Source: Candidatus Woesearchaeota archaeon (GTDB lineage: Archaea; Nanobdellota; Nanobdellia; Woesearchaeales; BM511). From it: 45,315 nt of DNA. A program made the translations under genes and the position numbers. Position 1 is the stretch's first letter. Each line of letters starts with the position of its first letter. This document shows, piece after piece, positions 27,568-37,249 of the stretch. The notes beneath the pieces were generated by a model. It was not told the origin of the DNA. It saw only the letters and a program-made list of their open reading frames with translations, and did no database searches. Location of the stretch: contig JAHFPP010000003.1 in NCBI GenBank assembly GCA_023266675.1, positions 1 through 45,315 on the forward strand, read 5' to 3'.

Positions 27568-29955
27568 ATGAGTTATGAACTGATAATTACTGAAAAGCCA
27601 TCAGCTGCAGAAAAAATAGCGCAAGCACTGGCTGACACAACAGCCAAAAAGATATCAGATAATGGCGTGCCTTATTACACGCTAAAACATAATGGAAAAG
27701 AAATTGTAGTAACATGCGCTGCAGGTCATCTATATACTGTTACTGAATCAGAAAAGAAAGGATGGACTTATCCTGTTTTTGACATTAAATGGGAAGCGTC
27801 ATCAAAAGTTTCTAAAGATGCTGCATTTAACGCAAAGTTTCTTTCAACAATAAAGAAGCTTGCAAAAGACGCAAAAGAATTCACAATAGCAACAGACTTT
27901 GATATTGAAGGAGAAGTCATAGGTTACAATGTTCTCAAATATGCCTGCAAACAAAAAGACGGCAAAAGAATGAAGTACTCAACTCTCACAAAAGATGAGC
28001 TTGTAGAATCATACGAGCATGCTTCTAAACACCTTATTTGGGGGCAGGTTCATGCAGGTATAACACGACATGAGTTAGACTGGTATTATGGTATAAATTT
28101 ATCACGGGCATTGACACTCGCTGTTAAGAATGCGAAAGGAGGATTCAAGCTTTTGTCAATCGGACGTGTGCAGGGACCTTCACTTAAGATAGTTGTTGAC
28201 AAAGAAAAAGAAATAAAAGCATTTATTCCAACGCCTTACTGGCAGCTCCAGCTTGATGGCGATAAGGATTCTCAGAAGATTGAAGCGCTTCATGAAAAGG
28301 ATAAATTTCTAAAGAAAGAAGAAGCTGAAAGTTCGCTTAAAAAAACCAAAGGACAAAAAGCTATTGTAAAAAGCGTTGAAAAAAACGAATTTAAGCAAAC
28401 GCCTCCAAACCCATTTGACCTTACAAGCCTCCAGCTTGAAGCGCATAAAACTCTTGGAATCGCTCCAAAAAATACGCTTGAAATAGCGCAGAGCCTTTAC
28501 CTTGACGGATTGATATCATATCCTAGAACTTCAAGCCAGAAACTTCCTCCATCAATCGGATACAAGAAAATCATCACAAACATATCAAAAAATCCTGATT
28601 ACAAAATTGAGGCGGAAGCGATACTCAAAAAACCAGTTCTTCACCCTCATGACGGTCCAAAAGTTGATGAGGCGCACCCAGCGATTTACCCTACAGGCAT
28701 AAGCAAAAAATTGAATGACAGGGAAGCGAGGCTTTATGATTTGGTTGTAAGACGATTCCTGGCAACTTTTGGTGACTCTGCAAAAAGAGAAACTATGACT
28801 ATCAAGATAAATGTCAATGGCGAAGTGTTTGTAACTAACGGCACAAGAACTGTTGAGAAAGGATGGCACTTGCAGTATGGAAGATTCACGATGTTAAAAG
28901 ATGAGGAGCTTCCAAAATGCGAAATTGGTAACGAGATAAAAATCAAAAAGATAGAATTATTGTCAAAAGAAACCGCTCCTCCAAGAAGATACACTGCGGC
29001 GTCAATAATCAAGGAGCTTGAAAAAAGAAACCTTGGAACAAAATCAACAAGAGCCCAGATAATAGACAACCTCTATCAAAGAGGATATGTAAACGAAAAA
29101 TCAATTGAAGCAACGGAGCTTGGTATAAAAACAGTTGATATACTCACAAAATATTCACCTCAGATTCTTGACGACAAGCTTACGCGCCATTTTGAAAATG
29201 AGATGGAAGCGATAAGAAAAGAAAAAATGACTCGCGAAAAAGTCATTGAAGAAGCCAAGAAAGTTCTAACAGAGATACTTAAAGATTTCAAAACAAAAGA
29301 AAAAAAGATTGGAGCAGAATTACTTGAGGCAAACAAGGGAACGATAAGCGAAATGACAAGCCTTGGCAGTTGCCCTGAGTGCAAAGAAGGGACAATTCAG
29401 ATAAGAAAAGGAAAATTTGGAGCATTTGCAGCGTGCAACAAGTATCCTGAATGCAAAACAACATTTAATCTTCCAAAATCAGCAATTCTAAAACCATTAA
29501 AAAAGAACTGCGAGACATGCAATTATCCTATGATACAGGTTTTTCGAAAAAGGCAAAAGCCGCAGGAATTATGCATAAATCCAAAATGCCCAACAAAGAA
29601 GCCTTCAGTTGAAGAGGCAAAAGAAATCAAGAAGATTGAAAATCTTAAAGTTGCAAAGAAATGCCCAAAATGCGGAAAAGATTTAATCTTGCGAACAAGC
29701 TTTTACGGAAAATTCTTTGGCTGCACAGGATTCCCTGCGTGCAGGCATACTGAGAAATTAATTGAAGATGTAAAAAAAGAAGTGCCAGCTGTTAATCCAG
29801 TTTCAACAGATAATGCCACACCAGTAAATAATATCCAGAAAGTTGCAACAGCAAAAACCGCTGAAGCAGTAGCTAAGAAAGTTAAAACCAAGGAGAAAAT
29901 AATAAGTATTGATGATATACCTGAAGTTCCTGTCAAAACTAAGAAGAAGAAATAA
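27568..29955 (+). CDS. topA: DNA topoisomerase I (type IA) with C-terminal Zn ribbons
   Basis: ITEKPS, ATDFDIEGE, GRVQGP, catalytic ISYPRT, LGTKSTR; C4 Zn fingers. Confidence 0.97.
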   Translation: MSYELIITEKPSAAEKIAQALADTTAKKISDNGVPYYTLKHNGKEIVVTCAAGHLYTVTESEKKGWTYPVFDIKWEASSKVSKDAAFNAKFLSTIKKLAKDAKEFTIATDFDIEGEVIGYNVLKYACKQKDGKRMKYSTLTKDELVESYEHASKHLIWGQVHAGITRHELDWYYGINLSRALTLAVKNAKGGFKLLSIGRVQGPSLKIVVDKEKEIKAFIPTPYWQLQLDGDKDSQKIEALHEKDKFLKKEEAESSLKKTKGQKAIVKSVEKNEFKQTPPNPFDLTSLQLEAHKTLGIAPKNTLEIAQSLYLDGLISYPRTSSQKLPPSIGYKKIITNISKNPDYKIEAEAILKKPVLHPHDGPKVDEAHPAIYPTGISKKLNDREARLYDLVVRRFLATFGDSAKRETMTIKINVNGEVFVTNGTRTVEKGWHLQYGRFTMLKDEELPKCEIGNEIKIKKIELLSKETAPPRRYTAASIIKELEKRNLGTKSTRAQIIDNLYQRGYVNEKSIEATELGIKTVDILTKYSPQILDDKLTRHFENEMEAIRKEKMTREKVIEEAKKVLTEILKDFKTKEKKIGAELLEANKGTISEMTSLGSCPECKEGTIQIRKGKFGAFAACNKYPECKTTFNLPKSAILKPLKKNCETCNYPMIQVFRKRQKPQELCINPKCPTKKPSVEEAKEIKKIENLKVAKKCPKCGKDLILRTSFYGKFFGCTGFPACRHTEKLIEDVKKEVPAVNPVSTDNATPVNNIQKVATAKTAEAVAKKVKTKEKIISIDDIPEVPVKTKKKK

Positions 29956-30041
29956 TTCTAAAAGTGTTTAAGCAGTAAGAAAGTAACTTTTCACCAAAAT
30001 CTTTATTAAATATGGGAATATTTCGTTTAATGGTGGTACCT

Positions 30042-30527
30042 ATGAGAAAAATTATTTTTACAATTATGACATTATGTTTGGTGGTTATTGCAGGATGTTC
30101 AGCATCTCAGGTATCAAAAACTGAAACTTCAAAAGAAAACATACAAAACTGTGTGTCAAACTGGGTGTGCCAGGAATGGGGGAGCTGCATAAGCAATTTT
30201 CAGACAAGATACTGTGCAGACCAGAATAACTGCATTCAATCAAATAATATTCCTGAAATGAAAAAATCGTGTGTGACCCAAACAACAAACAATTCAGGCG
30301 TTCCAAACGGAGTTGTTGGCGACAATAAGTTAAATATTGGAGACAAGATTATCTTTAACGGAAAACCAATAACACTAGTAAAAATTCTTGAGCTAAAAGC
30401 CACATTAAATGTTGATGGATACTTAAAAACATTGCACACTGGCGACGAGATATCTGCTGGCGCAGTAAGAATAAGAGCGGTTTCTGTAACTGATAATGAT
30501 ATAATAATCTACTTAAACACAATCTAG
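30042..30527 (+). CDS. Lipoprotein with a Cys/Trp-rich (TSP1-like) motif
   Basis: Lipobox IAGC; CVSNWVCQEWGSCISNFQTRYCADQNNC. Confidence 0.65.
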   Translation: MRKIIFTIMTLCLVVIAGCSASQVSKTETSKENIQNCVSNWVCQEWGSCISNFQTRYCADQNNCIQSNNIPEMKKSCVTQTTNNSGVPNGVVGDNKLNIGDKIIFNGKPITLVKILELKATLNVDGYLKTLHTGDEISAGAVRIRAVSVTDNDIIIYLNTI

Positions 30528-30616
30528 TTATATCTCCTTTTTTTATTTTTATTAGTTGGAGTGATTAAGTAGTAGATAGTTATGCTTAAATAATAAGATA
30601 AAATACTTTTTTTAAA

Positions 30617-32359
30617 ATGAGAATCAAAACCAAATTTGCGTTTATTTCATTAATACTTCTATTAATACCAATAGCATCAGCTGCAGGAAATATTGGTCAC
30701 ATAAATCTTCTAGCCGTATCAACAATAGGAGAAAATGAGACTGGAAGCGTTGCCGACTTATACCTTGAAATTAAACCAGGAACAGGACGAGTATTCTTGG
30801 ATACTTACCCATTGACAAAGATTGACACGCAGTTCTCTACAAGACTTGCAAACTCACTTGCATGTGATTATACAAATATAGATTGCGATAAACTTGATTT
30901 CTTTTATACTATAAAGTCAAGAAGCACAATAGTTGGCGGGCCGTCAGCTGGTGCTGCAACAACAATTTTGACGATTATAATGCTAAAAGGAGAAAAAATC
31001 CCTGATGACTTTGCAGTTACTGGAACCATTAACTCAGGAGGACTAATAGGCCCTATAGCTGGCGTAAAATCAAAAGTAAAAGCCGCTGAAGAAAAAGGAC
31101 TTAATAAAGTTTTGATACCAACAATAAATGTAGGAAACACAACCGAGATTGAAAATTTCCTGAACAGTTCAAAAATAACTGTTGTAAAAATTTCAAATAT
31201 TGATGACGCTTTGTATAACCTTACAGGAAAAAGAAAATGGAAAAATTCATCTCTTGAAGTAAGCACGGTTTTTACTGAAGTAATGGGAAAAATTGCAGAG
31301 TCCCTATGTGATGCTACAAAAAAAATAATGGTGAATTGGACAAATACAACATTTGAAAACAGAGGAAAAGCGCTATATGAAAAATCACTTAATGCAAGCA
31401 AGGATAGGGCTTATTATTCACAGGCTTCATTTTGTTTTGGCGCAAATGTGCAGTTTCGAAATCTTGACTTAAAAAACAAAACAAATCCTGAACTTAAAAA
31501 TGTGTTAAATAAGATAAGAAGAGAAATAATTAATCTTGAGGATAGTATTGACAGCATGGAGATAAGCACAATAGATGACCTTCAGACTTATATTATAGTT
31601 AAAGAAAGAATAAATGATGCCAAGGAGTATATAGTGAAAATAGACATTGGCAAGAATTATACAAATCTTTCAAGCGAAAACATAGCTTATTCAATAGAAA
31701 GATACAACAGCGCAGTTGCATGGTCAAAGTTTTTTGGCACTGGAAAGAAAGGAAAGACATTAAGCAAAGAATCACAAAGGACTGCCTGCATAGGTAAGAT
31801 TTCTGAGGTTCAGGGATATAAACAGTATATATCAACATACATTGACACTCCTCTTGTTAATATTGATAAGGATATTGATGACGCTGCAAACTATCTTGAA
31901 AAAGGAGATTACGCGCTTTGCATATCAAAAGCATCACGCGCAAAAGCAGAGAGCTCTATGATTCTTGAGGCATTAAGCATCTCAAATGATGAAATGAAGA
32001 CGCTTTTATCACAGAAAATTGAAATAGCAAAACAAAGCATCATATCTGAGCAGGAAAAAGGTATTTTTCCAATACTTGGGTATAGCTATTACGAATACGC
32101 TAAAAGCCTGAGTGAAAGCGACCCTAACTCTGCACTATTATACACTGCATACTCAATTGAGCTTTCAAATCTAGACGTTTATTTTGAGCAGAAAAAAGAT
32201 GACATAGTCATGAAAAAAGATTATACAACAACCTATATTTTCATGTTAGGGATTGTTTTAGGAATAATATTGACAAGTTCAGTTGTAATAATCAAGAATA
32301 AAATGTCAAATTCTAAGAAGCATAAAAATTTTAGAAAACCCAATAATAAGAAAAGATAA
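30617..32359 (+). CDS. Secreted, membrane-anchored Lon-like S16 serine protease (COG1750-type, no ATPase)
   Basis: Signal peptide, GTGRVF, GGPSAG catalytic Ser, TGTINSGGLIGPIAGVKSK, C-terminal TM. Confidence 0.88.
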   Translation: MRIKTKFAFISLILLLIPIASAAGNIGHINLLAVSTIGENETGSVADLYLEIKPGTGRVFLDTYPLTKIDTQFSTRLANSLACDYTNIDCDKLDFFYTIKSRSTIVGGPSAGAATTILTIIMLKGEKIPDDFAVTGTINSGGLIGPIAGVKSKVKAAEEKGLNKVLIPTINVGNTTEIENFLNSSKITVVKISNIDDALYNLTGKRKWKNSSLEVSTVFTEVMGKIAESLCDATKKIMVNWTNTTFENRGKALYEKSLNASKDRAYYSQASFCFGANVQFRNLDLKNKTNPELKNVLNKIRREIINLEDSIDSMEISTIDDLQTYIIVKERINDAKEYIVKIDIGKNYTNLSSENIAYSIERYNSAVAWSKFFGTGKKGKTLSKESQRTACIGKISEVQGYKQYISTYIDTPLVNIDKDIDDAANYLEKGDYALCISKASRAKAESSMILEALSISNDEMKTLLSQKIEIAKQSIISEQEKGIFPILGYSYYEYAKSLSESDPNSALLYTAYSIELSNLDVYFEQKKDDIVMKKDYTTTYIFMLGIVLGIILTSSVVIIKNKMSNSKKHKNFRKPNNKKR

Positions 32360-32424
32360 GAAAAAGATAATATATATTTCTAAAATTTGAAAATATTAGA
32401 TAGATATGAATTAATTTTTTATTG

Positions 32425-32560
32425 TTTTCAAACCCTTCAGAACCCCCTGATTGCTCAGGGGATCCTGCAGGGAAAAAGAGGTGATAATGAAATTGATATT
32501 TCCTGATTATATTGTGAGAAGTTTATGTCCCTCTTCTTCCTACAGTTGATTTGTTTCTAC
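32425..32560 (-). ncRNA. Candidate structured non-coding RNA, family unknown
   Basis: GC-enriched intergenic patch; long stems with G-U pairs valid only on the minus strand; GCAA tetraloop; BRE/TATA GGAAAAG-TTTAAATA (TATA at 32580-32587) about 25-30 nt upstream. Confidence 0.6.
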
Positions 32561-32698
32561 TTTTGAATAGTTCCACTAATATTTAAACTTTTCCTTTTTG
32601 TTTCCATTTTAAAATAGTAACAATATAATACTTTTTCATAAAAGAATATGCTTAATCCTTCCAAAACAAATTTAAACAATTGGAGATATACCTGTAAT

Positions 32699-33310
32699 AT
32701 GAAATGCATCAAGTGCAATAATGACTCAACTGTGAAGACTGAAGACAAATATTTTTGCAGCAGCTGTTTCTGCGAAGTCATAGAGAAGAGATTTAGAAAA
32801 GAGATAAGACGCCAGGAAATGTTTTCAAGAGATATGAAGAAAAGTTCCGTTGATAAGAATAATAGTGTTGCTGGGAACATAAAAATCCTTATTATTGATG
32901 ACAATTCAGAAAAGGCAGCATTAAACAAATACCTTCTAAAAGAGATAGTCAATGACAGGCGTGTTAAATTTAAAATAAAGAAAATCACATCGTTCAATGC
33001 ATTGCACGAATATGACAAAAACAATGAATTTGATAAGATGGTTATTCCATGGAATATTGACGACGAAGTAAATGGATATATTGCCTACATGCTTGAAAAC
33101 AAGATGATAAGCATGAAAAAAGACAGCAGGATTATTAAGCCGCTAATTGGCGTGACAACAAACGAGATAATCCTTTTCTTAAAAATAAAAAAGTTAAGTT
33201 TCAAGAAAAACAAGGAAAAAGACGACATAGAGATCATGATTGAAAGGCTTGACAACAGGTATCCTGGCACAAAATTCTCAATATTAAAAACAATTAAAAA
33301 AGTAAGTTAA
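32699..33310 (+). CDS. Degenerate TtcA/Ctu1(NcsA)-like protein lacking the PP-loop
   Basis: CIKC...CSSCF..IEKR Zn site, IDDEV, IIKPL, YPGTKFSI; no SGGKDS motif. Confidence 0.6.
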   Translation: MKCIKCNNDSTVKTEDKYFCSSCFCEVIEKRFRKEIRRQEMFSRDMKKSSVDKNNSVAGNIKILIIDDNSEKAALNKYLLKEIVNDRRVKFKIKKITSFNALHEYDKNNEFDKMVIPWNIDDEVNGYIAYMLENKMISMKKDSRIIKPLIGVTTNEIILFLKIKKLSFKKNKEKDDIEIMIERLDNRYPGTKFSILKTIKKVS

Positions 33311-33311
33311 G

Positions 33312-34313
33312 ATGAAGAAAATATTTTTTGCTTTGATAATAATTGGAATATTGGCAATATCTGCGTACGGCTATTATGACCTGATAAATAGCAGTGGCGG
33401 AATGTCCGCACTTGTAATATCTGACTCCAATTCAAATGAGATTAAAAACGTTCATGAAGAAAATAAATTTCCAGAAGTTTATTTTACAACTTATGAAAAC
33501 ATTACGCCAATACTGATTAACCTGATAGAAAACTCAAATGAAATTAAATGCGCATTGTATGAGATAAGCGAACCTGCAATTCTTAAGGCATTCAAAAAAA
33601 AGAACGCAATGATAGCTGTTGAAAACGATAATTACCACGGTGATTTTCATACAGGTAACTCAAGTGGCGAAATGCACAATAAATTCTGCATATTTGACAA
33701 TGAAACAATTATTACAGGCTCAACAAACCTGAACTTTGAAGGTGTCTACAAAAACGACAATAACCTGATTGTGATTCATTCAAGATACATTGCAAAAAAC
33801 TACCTTGATGAGTTTGATGAGATATACAATGATAGATTTGCATCTGGCGAGAAAGTGAAGTATCCTGTTGTTATATTAAACAATGAGACAACAATACAAA
33901 ACTATTTCTGCCCTGAAGACGAGTGCCAAAAACACGTCTTAACTGAGCTTAACAAAGCCAGAAGAAGCATTTACTTTATGACGTTTAGTTTCACTGACTC
34001 AAGAATTGCAAAAATCCTAGTTGAAAAAAACAATGAAAGCATTGATGTTAAGGGAGTTTTTGAAAAACAGAGATGGAACAACCAATATGAAGTTTATAAG
34101 TATCTCAATCAGTCCGGTGTAAAATTAATCCCTGACAATAATAAGTACATCATGCACCATAAAACTTTCATAATCGACAACGAAACAGTAATTACAGGAA
34201 GCTACAACCCGACTGGCTCAGGAAATAAAAACAATGATGAAAACATAATTATAATAAAGGATAAAGAAATCACAAAACAATACTTAAAAGAATTTGAAAG
34301 GTTGATAAATTAA
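33312..34313 (+). CDS. Phospholipase D/nuclease-family protein, two HKD motifs, N-terminal anchor
   Basis: MHNKFCIFD...TGSTN and MHHKTFIID...TGSYN. Confidence 0.92.
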   Translation: MKKIFFALIIIGILAISAYGYYDLINSSGGMSALVISDSNSNEIKNVHEENKFPEVYFTTYENITPILINLIENSNEIKCALYEISEPAILKAFKKKNAMIAVENDNYHGDFHTGNSSGEMHNKFCIFDNETIITGSTNLNFEGVYKNDNNLIVIHSRYIAKNYLDEFDEIYNDRFASGEKVKYPVVILNNETTIQNYFCPEDECQKHVLTELNKARRSIYFMTFSFTDSRIAKILVEKNNESIDVKGVFEKQRWNNQYEVYKYLNQSGVKLIPDNNKYIMHHKTFIIDNETVITGSYNPTGSGNKNNDENIIIIKDKEITKQYLKEFERLIN

Positions 34314-34797
34314 AAATTATTTCTTTTTTTCCAGATAATTCGCAGTTGCTTCAAGTATTGATGAGACCATATGAACAGGATTTTCAAAAGTATATCCCCA
34401 CTGAGAAATATAGTCACCCATAGCATTTTTATAAGGTGCTCTAGCAACAGAGAAGTGATGTGGACTTATTACAGGACACTTTGGTCTTTCAATATCTGCT
34501 CTACTTTTAGTTTTAGGATTTAACAAAAATTTGTAGAAATTATCTATTTCTTCAGGATTAATATAATAAATTAATGCATTACGAGTAACCGGAATTACAG
34601 GATTATTGAAAGGAGTTAATAAGGACAGTATTAATTCTAAATTTTGATTTATCTTTTTCATAACATTAAGAAAAGTGGGATTTGTATATAAACTAATGTT
34701 TGATTTAACTATTTAAAAGAAAATATTATAAAATAAACTAATTAACCCATAATTATAATAAAGAAATCACAAAACAATACTTAAAAGAATTTGAAAG
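34244..34797 (+). repeat. Direct repeat of the PLD gene 3' end flanking an inserted gene
   Basis: 40-bp exact repeat at 34261-34300 and 34758-34797, extendable to 34244-34300 / 34748-34797 with a 7-bp indel. Confidence 0.9.
34317..34661 (-). CDS. Hypothetical protein (cargo between direct repeats)
   Basis: 114-aa ORF with its own leaderless TATA promoter. Confidence 0.6.
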   Translation of the reverse strand: MKKINQNLELILSLLTPFNNPVIPVTRNALIYYINPEEIDNFYKFLLNPKTKSRADIERPKCPVISPHHFSVARAPYKNAMGDYISQWGYTFENPVHMVSSILEATANYLEKKK

Positions 34798-34806
34798 ACT
34801 GACAAT

Positions 34807-35457
34807 ATGATTAAAGCTGTGTTATATGATTTAGATGGAACATTAATAGATTGCCATAGGTACACTTTCAATGCATACAGAACTGCAATTTTAAGTTTTG
34901 GGATTAAAGTAAGGCAAAAGGAGATAATAAAGAAATGTTTTAACATCCTTGACAAAGACGTTGTGAAGAACTTTAATCTTAAAAGTTTAGAAAGATTCTC
35001 AGATATTTACAGGGAAGAATCCCTAAAAGGATATAAAAAAGCCAAGCTTTTCCCGGATGCAATTAGAACCATAAAGCATCTAAAAAATAGAGGATTAAAG
35101 CTTGGTATAGGAACTTTAAGGGAAAAACAAATTATCACTGATACGCTAAAAAAGACAAAACTTGAAGGATATTTTAATGTGATTGTTACAAACGAAAAAA
35201 AATTAAGCAAAGATAAATTATTTTTTGAAGCAATGAAACAATTAAGCATTTATCCAACAGAAACAATAATAATTGGCGACGCACAAAATGATATTATCGC
35301 GGCAAAAAAATTAGGGATTAAATGCATCTTATTTTACCCAAAAGAAAACAAGAAGTATTATAAATTTGCAGATTTAAAAAAATTAAAGCCTGATATAATT
35401 GTAAGAAATCATAGCGAAATAATCAAGGCGATTGGTAAATTGGAGAGTAAAAAATGA
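34807..35457 (+). CDS. HAD-family hydrolase (phosphoglycolate phosphatase-like)
   Basis: LYDLDGTLID, IIIGDAQNDIIAAK. Confidence 0.9.
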   Translation: MIKAVLYDLDGTLIDCHRYTFNAYRTAILSFGIKVRQKEIIKKCFNILDKDVVKNFNLKSLERFSDIYREESLKGYKKAKLFPDAIRTIKHLKNRGLKLGIGTLREKQIITDTLKKTKLEGYFNVIVTNEKKLSKDKLFFEAMKQLSIYPTETIIIGDAQNDIIAAKKLGIKCILFYPKENKKYYKFADLKKLKPDIIVRNHSEIIKAIGKLESKK

Positions 35458-36461
35458 AAGAGCACGAATTTGACGTTTTTGGGATTGGAAGCCCGCTTAT
35501 TGACATGTTTTTTGAAACAGAAGACCATCAGTTGGTTGAGTTAAAATTGAAAAAAGGGCAGATGCACCTTATTAACCACGAAGATTTTTCTGAAATGAAG
35601 ACTAAAATTAAAAAGAGCCCTGTAAAGACAAGCATTGCAGGCGACGTTGTTAACACGATGATGGGTGTTGCATCAATGGGAGGGCGCGCAGTTTTTTGCG
35701 GCAAAGTCGGCAAAGATGAATACGCTAATATGTTTGAGGAAGTATTGATTTCTGACAACATAAAGCCTGCGCTTGCAAGATGCAGCACTTATTACACAGG
35801 GCAGGTAATCTCGTTTGTAACTAAAGACGCAGAAAGAACAATGACTGTTCACCTTGGTGCAGCTGTCGGTCTTAAGAAAGAAGAGGCAACGCTTTCAGAC
35901 ATAGCAAGAAGCAAATTCTTTTACACTAGCGCCTACGTTTTTGACTCGCCTGACTTAAAAGAAACAGTAATGCACGCATTAAGCATTGCCAAAGAAAACA
36001 GAGTAAGAATCGCATTTGACTTGGCAGACCCTGGCGCCATAACTCGGCATAAAGATGAGATTGAGCAAGTCATAGAAAACTATGTTGATATACTCTTTGC
36101 AAATGAAACAGAAGCTGAGAGGTTTACTGGTGAAAAAGACCCAAAGGCCGCTCTTATAAAGCTGTCAAAACTTTGCAAGATAGCTGTTGTGAAACTAGGA
36201 GAAAATGGTTCACTCATAAAAAGAGCTGAAGAGTTTATAGAAGTGAAAATTGAAAAAAAGAAAGCAGTAGACTCAACCGGCGCTGGCGACATGTACGCAG
36301 CAGGATTCCTATTTGCACTGACTAAAACCAATGATTTAGAACTGGTGTCCGAAGTCGCATCATACGCGTCAGCAAAAATAGTTCAGCAGTTTGGCGCAAA
36401 ACTAATTGACCCGATAAAAGACGATGTTGAAAAGATTCTTGAAGGGAAAAAGATAGAGTAA
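35454..36461 (+). CDS. PfkB-family kinase (adenosine/inosine kinase-like)
   Basis: GIGSPLID, LKKGQMHLI, DAERTM, LFANETE, VDSTGAGDMYAAGF. Confidence 0.9.
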   Translation: MKEHEFDVFGIGSPLIDMFFETEDHQLVELKLKKGQMHLINHEDFSEMKTKIKKSPVKTSIAGDVVNTMMGVASMGGRAVFCGKVGKDEYANMFEEVLISDNIKPALARCSTYYTGQVISFVTKDAERTMTVHLGAAVGLKKEEATLSDIARSKFFYTSAYVFDSPDLKETVMHALSIAKENRVRIAFDLADPGAITRHKDEIEQVIENYVDILFANETEAERFTGEKDPKAALIKLSKLCKIAVVKLGENGSLIKRAEEFIEVKIEKKKAVDSTGAGDMYAAGFLFALTKTNDLELVSEVASYASAKIVQQFGAKLIDPIKDDVEKILEGKKIE

Positions 36462-36463
36462 AA

Positions 36464-37123
36464 TTATCTATAGAATTCTTGAACTTTTGCATCTAAATAT
36501 TTTGCTTCATTAATTGGTCGACTTAAAAATCTAGGTGAATTTAATGTCATTCCCATGACTGGTGCAGATATAGCAGATATTGTAGTTGGGAGTATAACTT
36601 GTTGAATAGTCATCATTTGTTGAAATTCTTCTTGACTCAGATTCAAATTTGGTGCAAACAGATATCTTGACAACAAATAGCAAGTTCCAAAGGTCATCGC
36701 AGTTATTTCTGCACCTGCAGTAATTAAATTATCTGGTGCAAATATTCCATATGTTCTCAAACCTAATGTTCCAGAAATTAATTCTTCAATCTGATTTACT
36801 CTTTTATTATGAACACTATTTTTTACCCTTGGTAAAATTTTTCTAATTCCTTTATTGACTTTTGAAAGTTCATTTAACGAATCTTCAATGCTTTGTTTTC
36901 CGCTGACTGCATCATAAAAGACAGGATTTGATTCATAACTTTTTATAAGTTCTTTTTGAACAGAGAAAATATCTATTTGTGGAGGTATTTCGGTTAAAAC
37001 AGAAGAAAATCCTGGCAATGATTCAAATTCTTTTAAAGAAGTTCTTGCTGAATCTACAAGGCGTTTAAGTCTTTCGTTGATTGATTCTGAGCTTCTCAAC
37101 TTATAATATAAAGTTTTTTCCAT
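36464..37123 (-). CDS. Hypothetical protein with two weakly hydrophobic C-terminal segments
   Basis: 219-aa ORF; leaderless TTTATAAA promoter at 37148-37155. Confidence 0.65.
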   Translation of the reverse strand: MEKTLYYKLRSSESINERLKRLVDSARTSLKEFESLPGFSSVLTEIPPQIDIFSVQKELIKSYESNPVFYDAVSGKQSIEDSLNELSKVNKGIRKILPRVKNSVHNKRVNQIEELISGTLGLRTYGIFAPDNLITAGAEITAMTFGTCYLLSRYLFAPNLNLSQEEFQQMMTIQQVILPTTISAISAPVMGMTLNSPRFLSRPINEAKYLDAKVQEFYR

Positions 37124-37168
37124 ATTATTTTGAATAAATAATTATTATTTATAAATCTTACTATTATT

Positions 37169-37188
37169 TTACCACTTTATAGTCGTTA
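37169..37188 (-). promoter_or_regulatory. Palindromic regulator site upstream of the 219-aa gene
   Basis: Minus strand reads TAAC G ACT ATAA AGT G GTAA; 18 nt from AGT to TTTATAAA. Confidence 0.65.
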
Positions 37189-37249
37189 TAATTATCAATA
37201 AGAGTTTACAAACTTCAAAATAACGGATAGTGAATATATTTTAAAAAAA

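Noticed and set aside
32425-32560. 5S rRNA, SRP RNA, RNase P RNA or tRNA
   Set aside because: No 5S CGAAC loop, SRP helix-8 motif, RNase P GAGGAAAGUCC or cloverleaf/TTCGA. Kept only as an unknown ncRNA candidate.
32557-33024. 155-aa minus-strand ORF
   Set aside because: Antisense to the TtcA-like gene, no motif, and its end overlaps the promoter of the ncRNA candidate.
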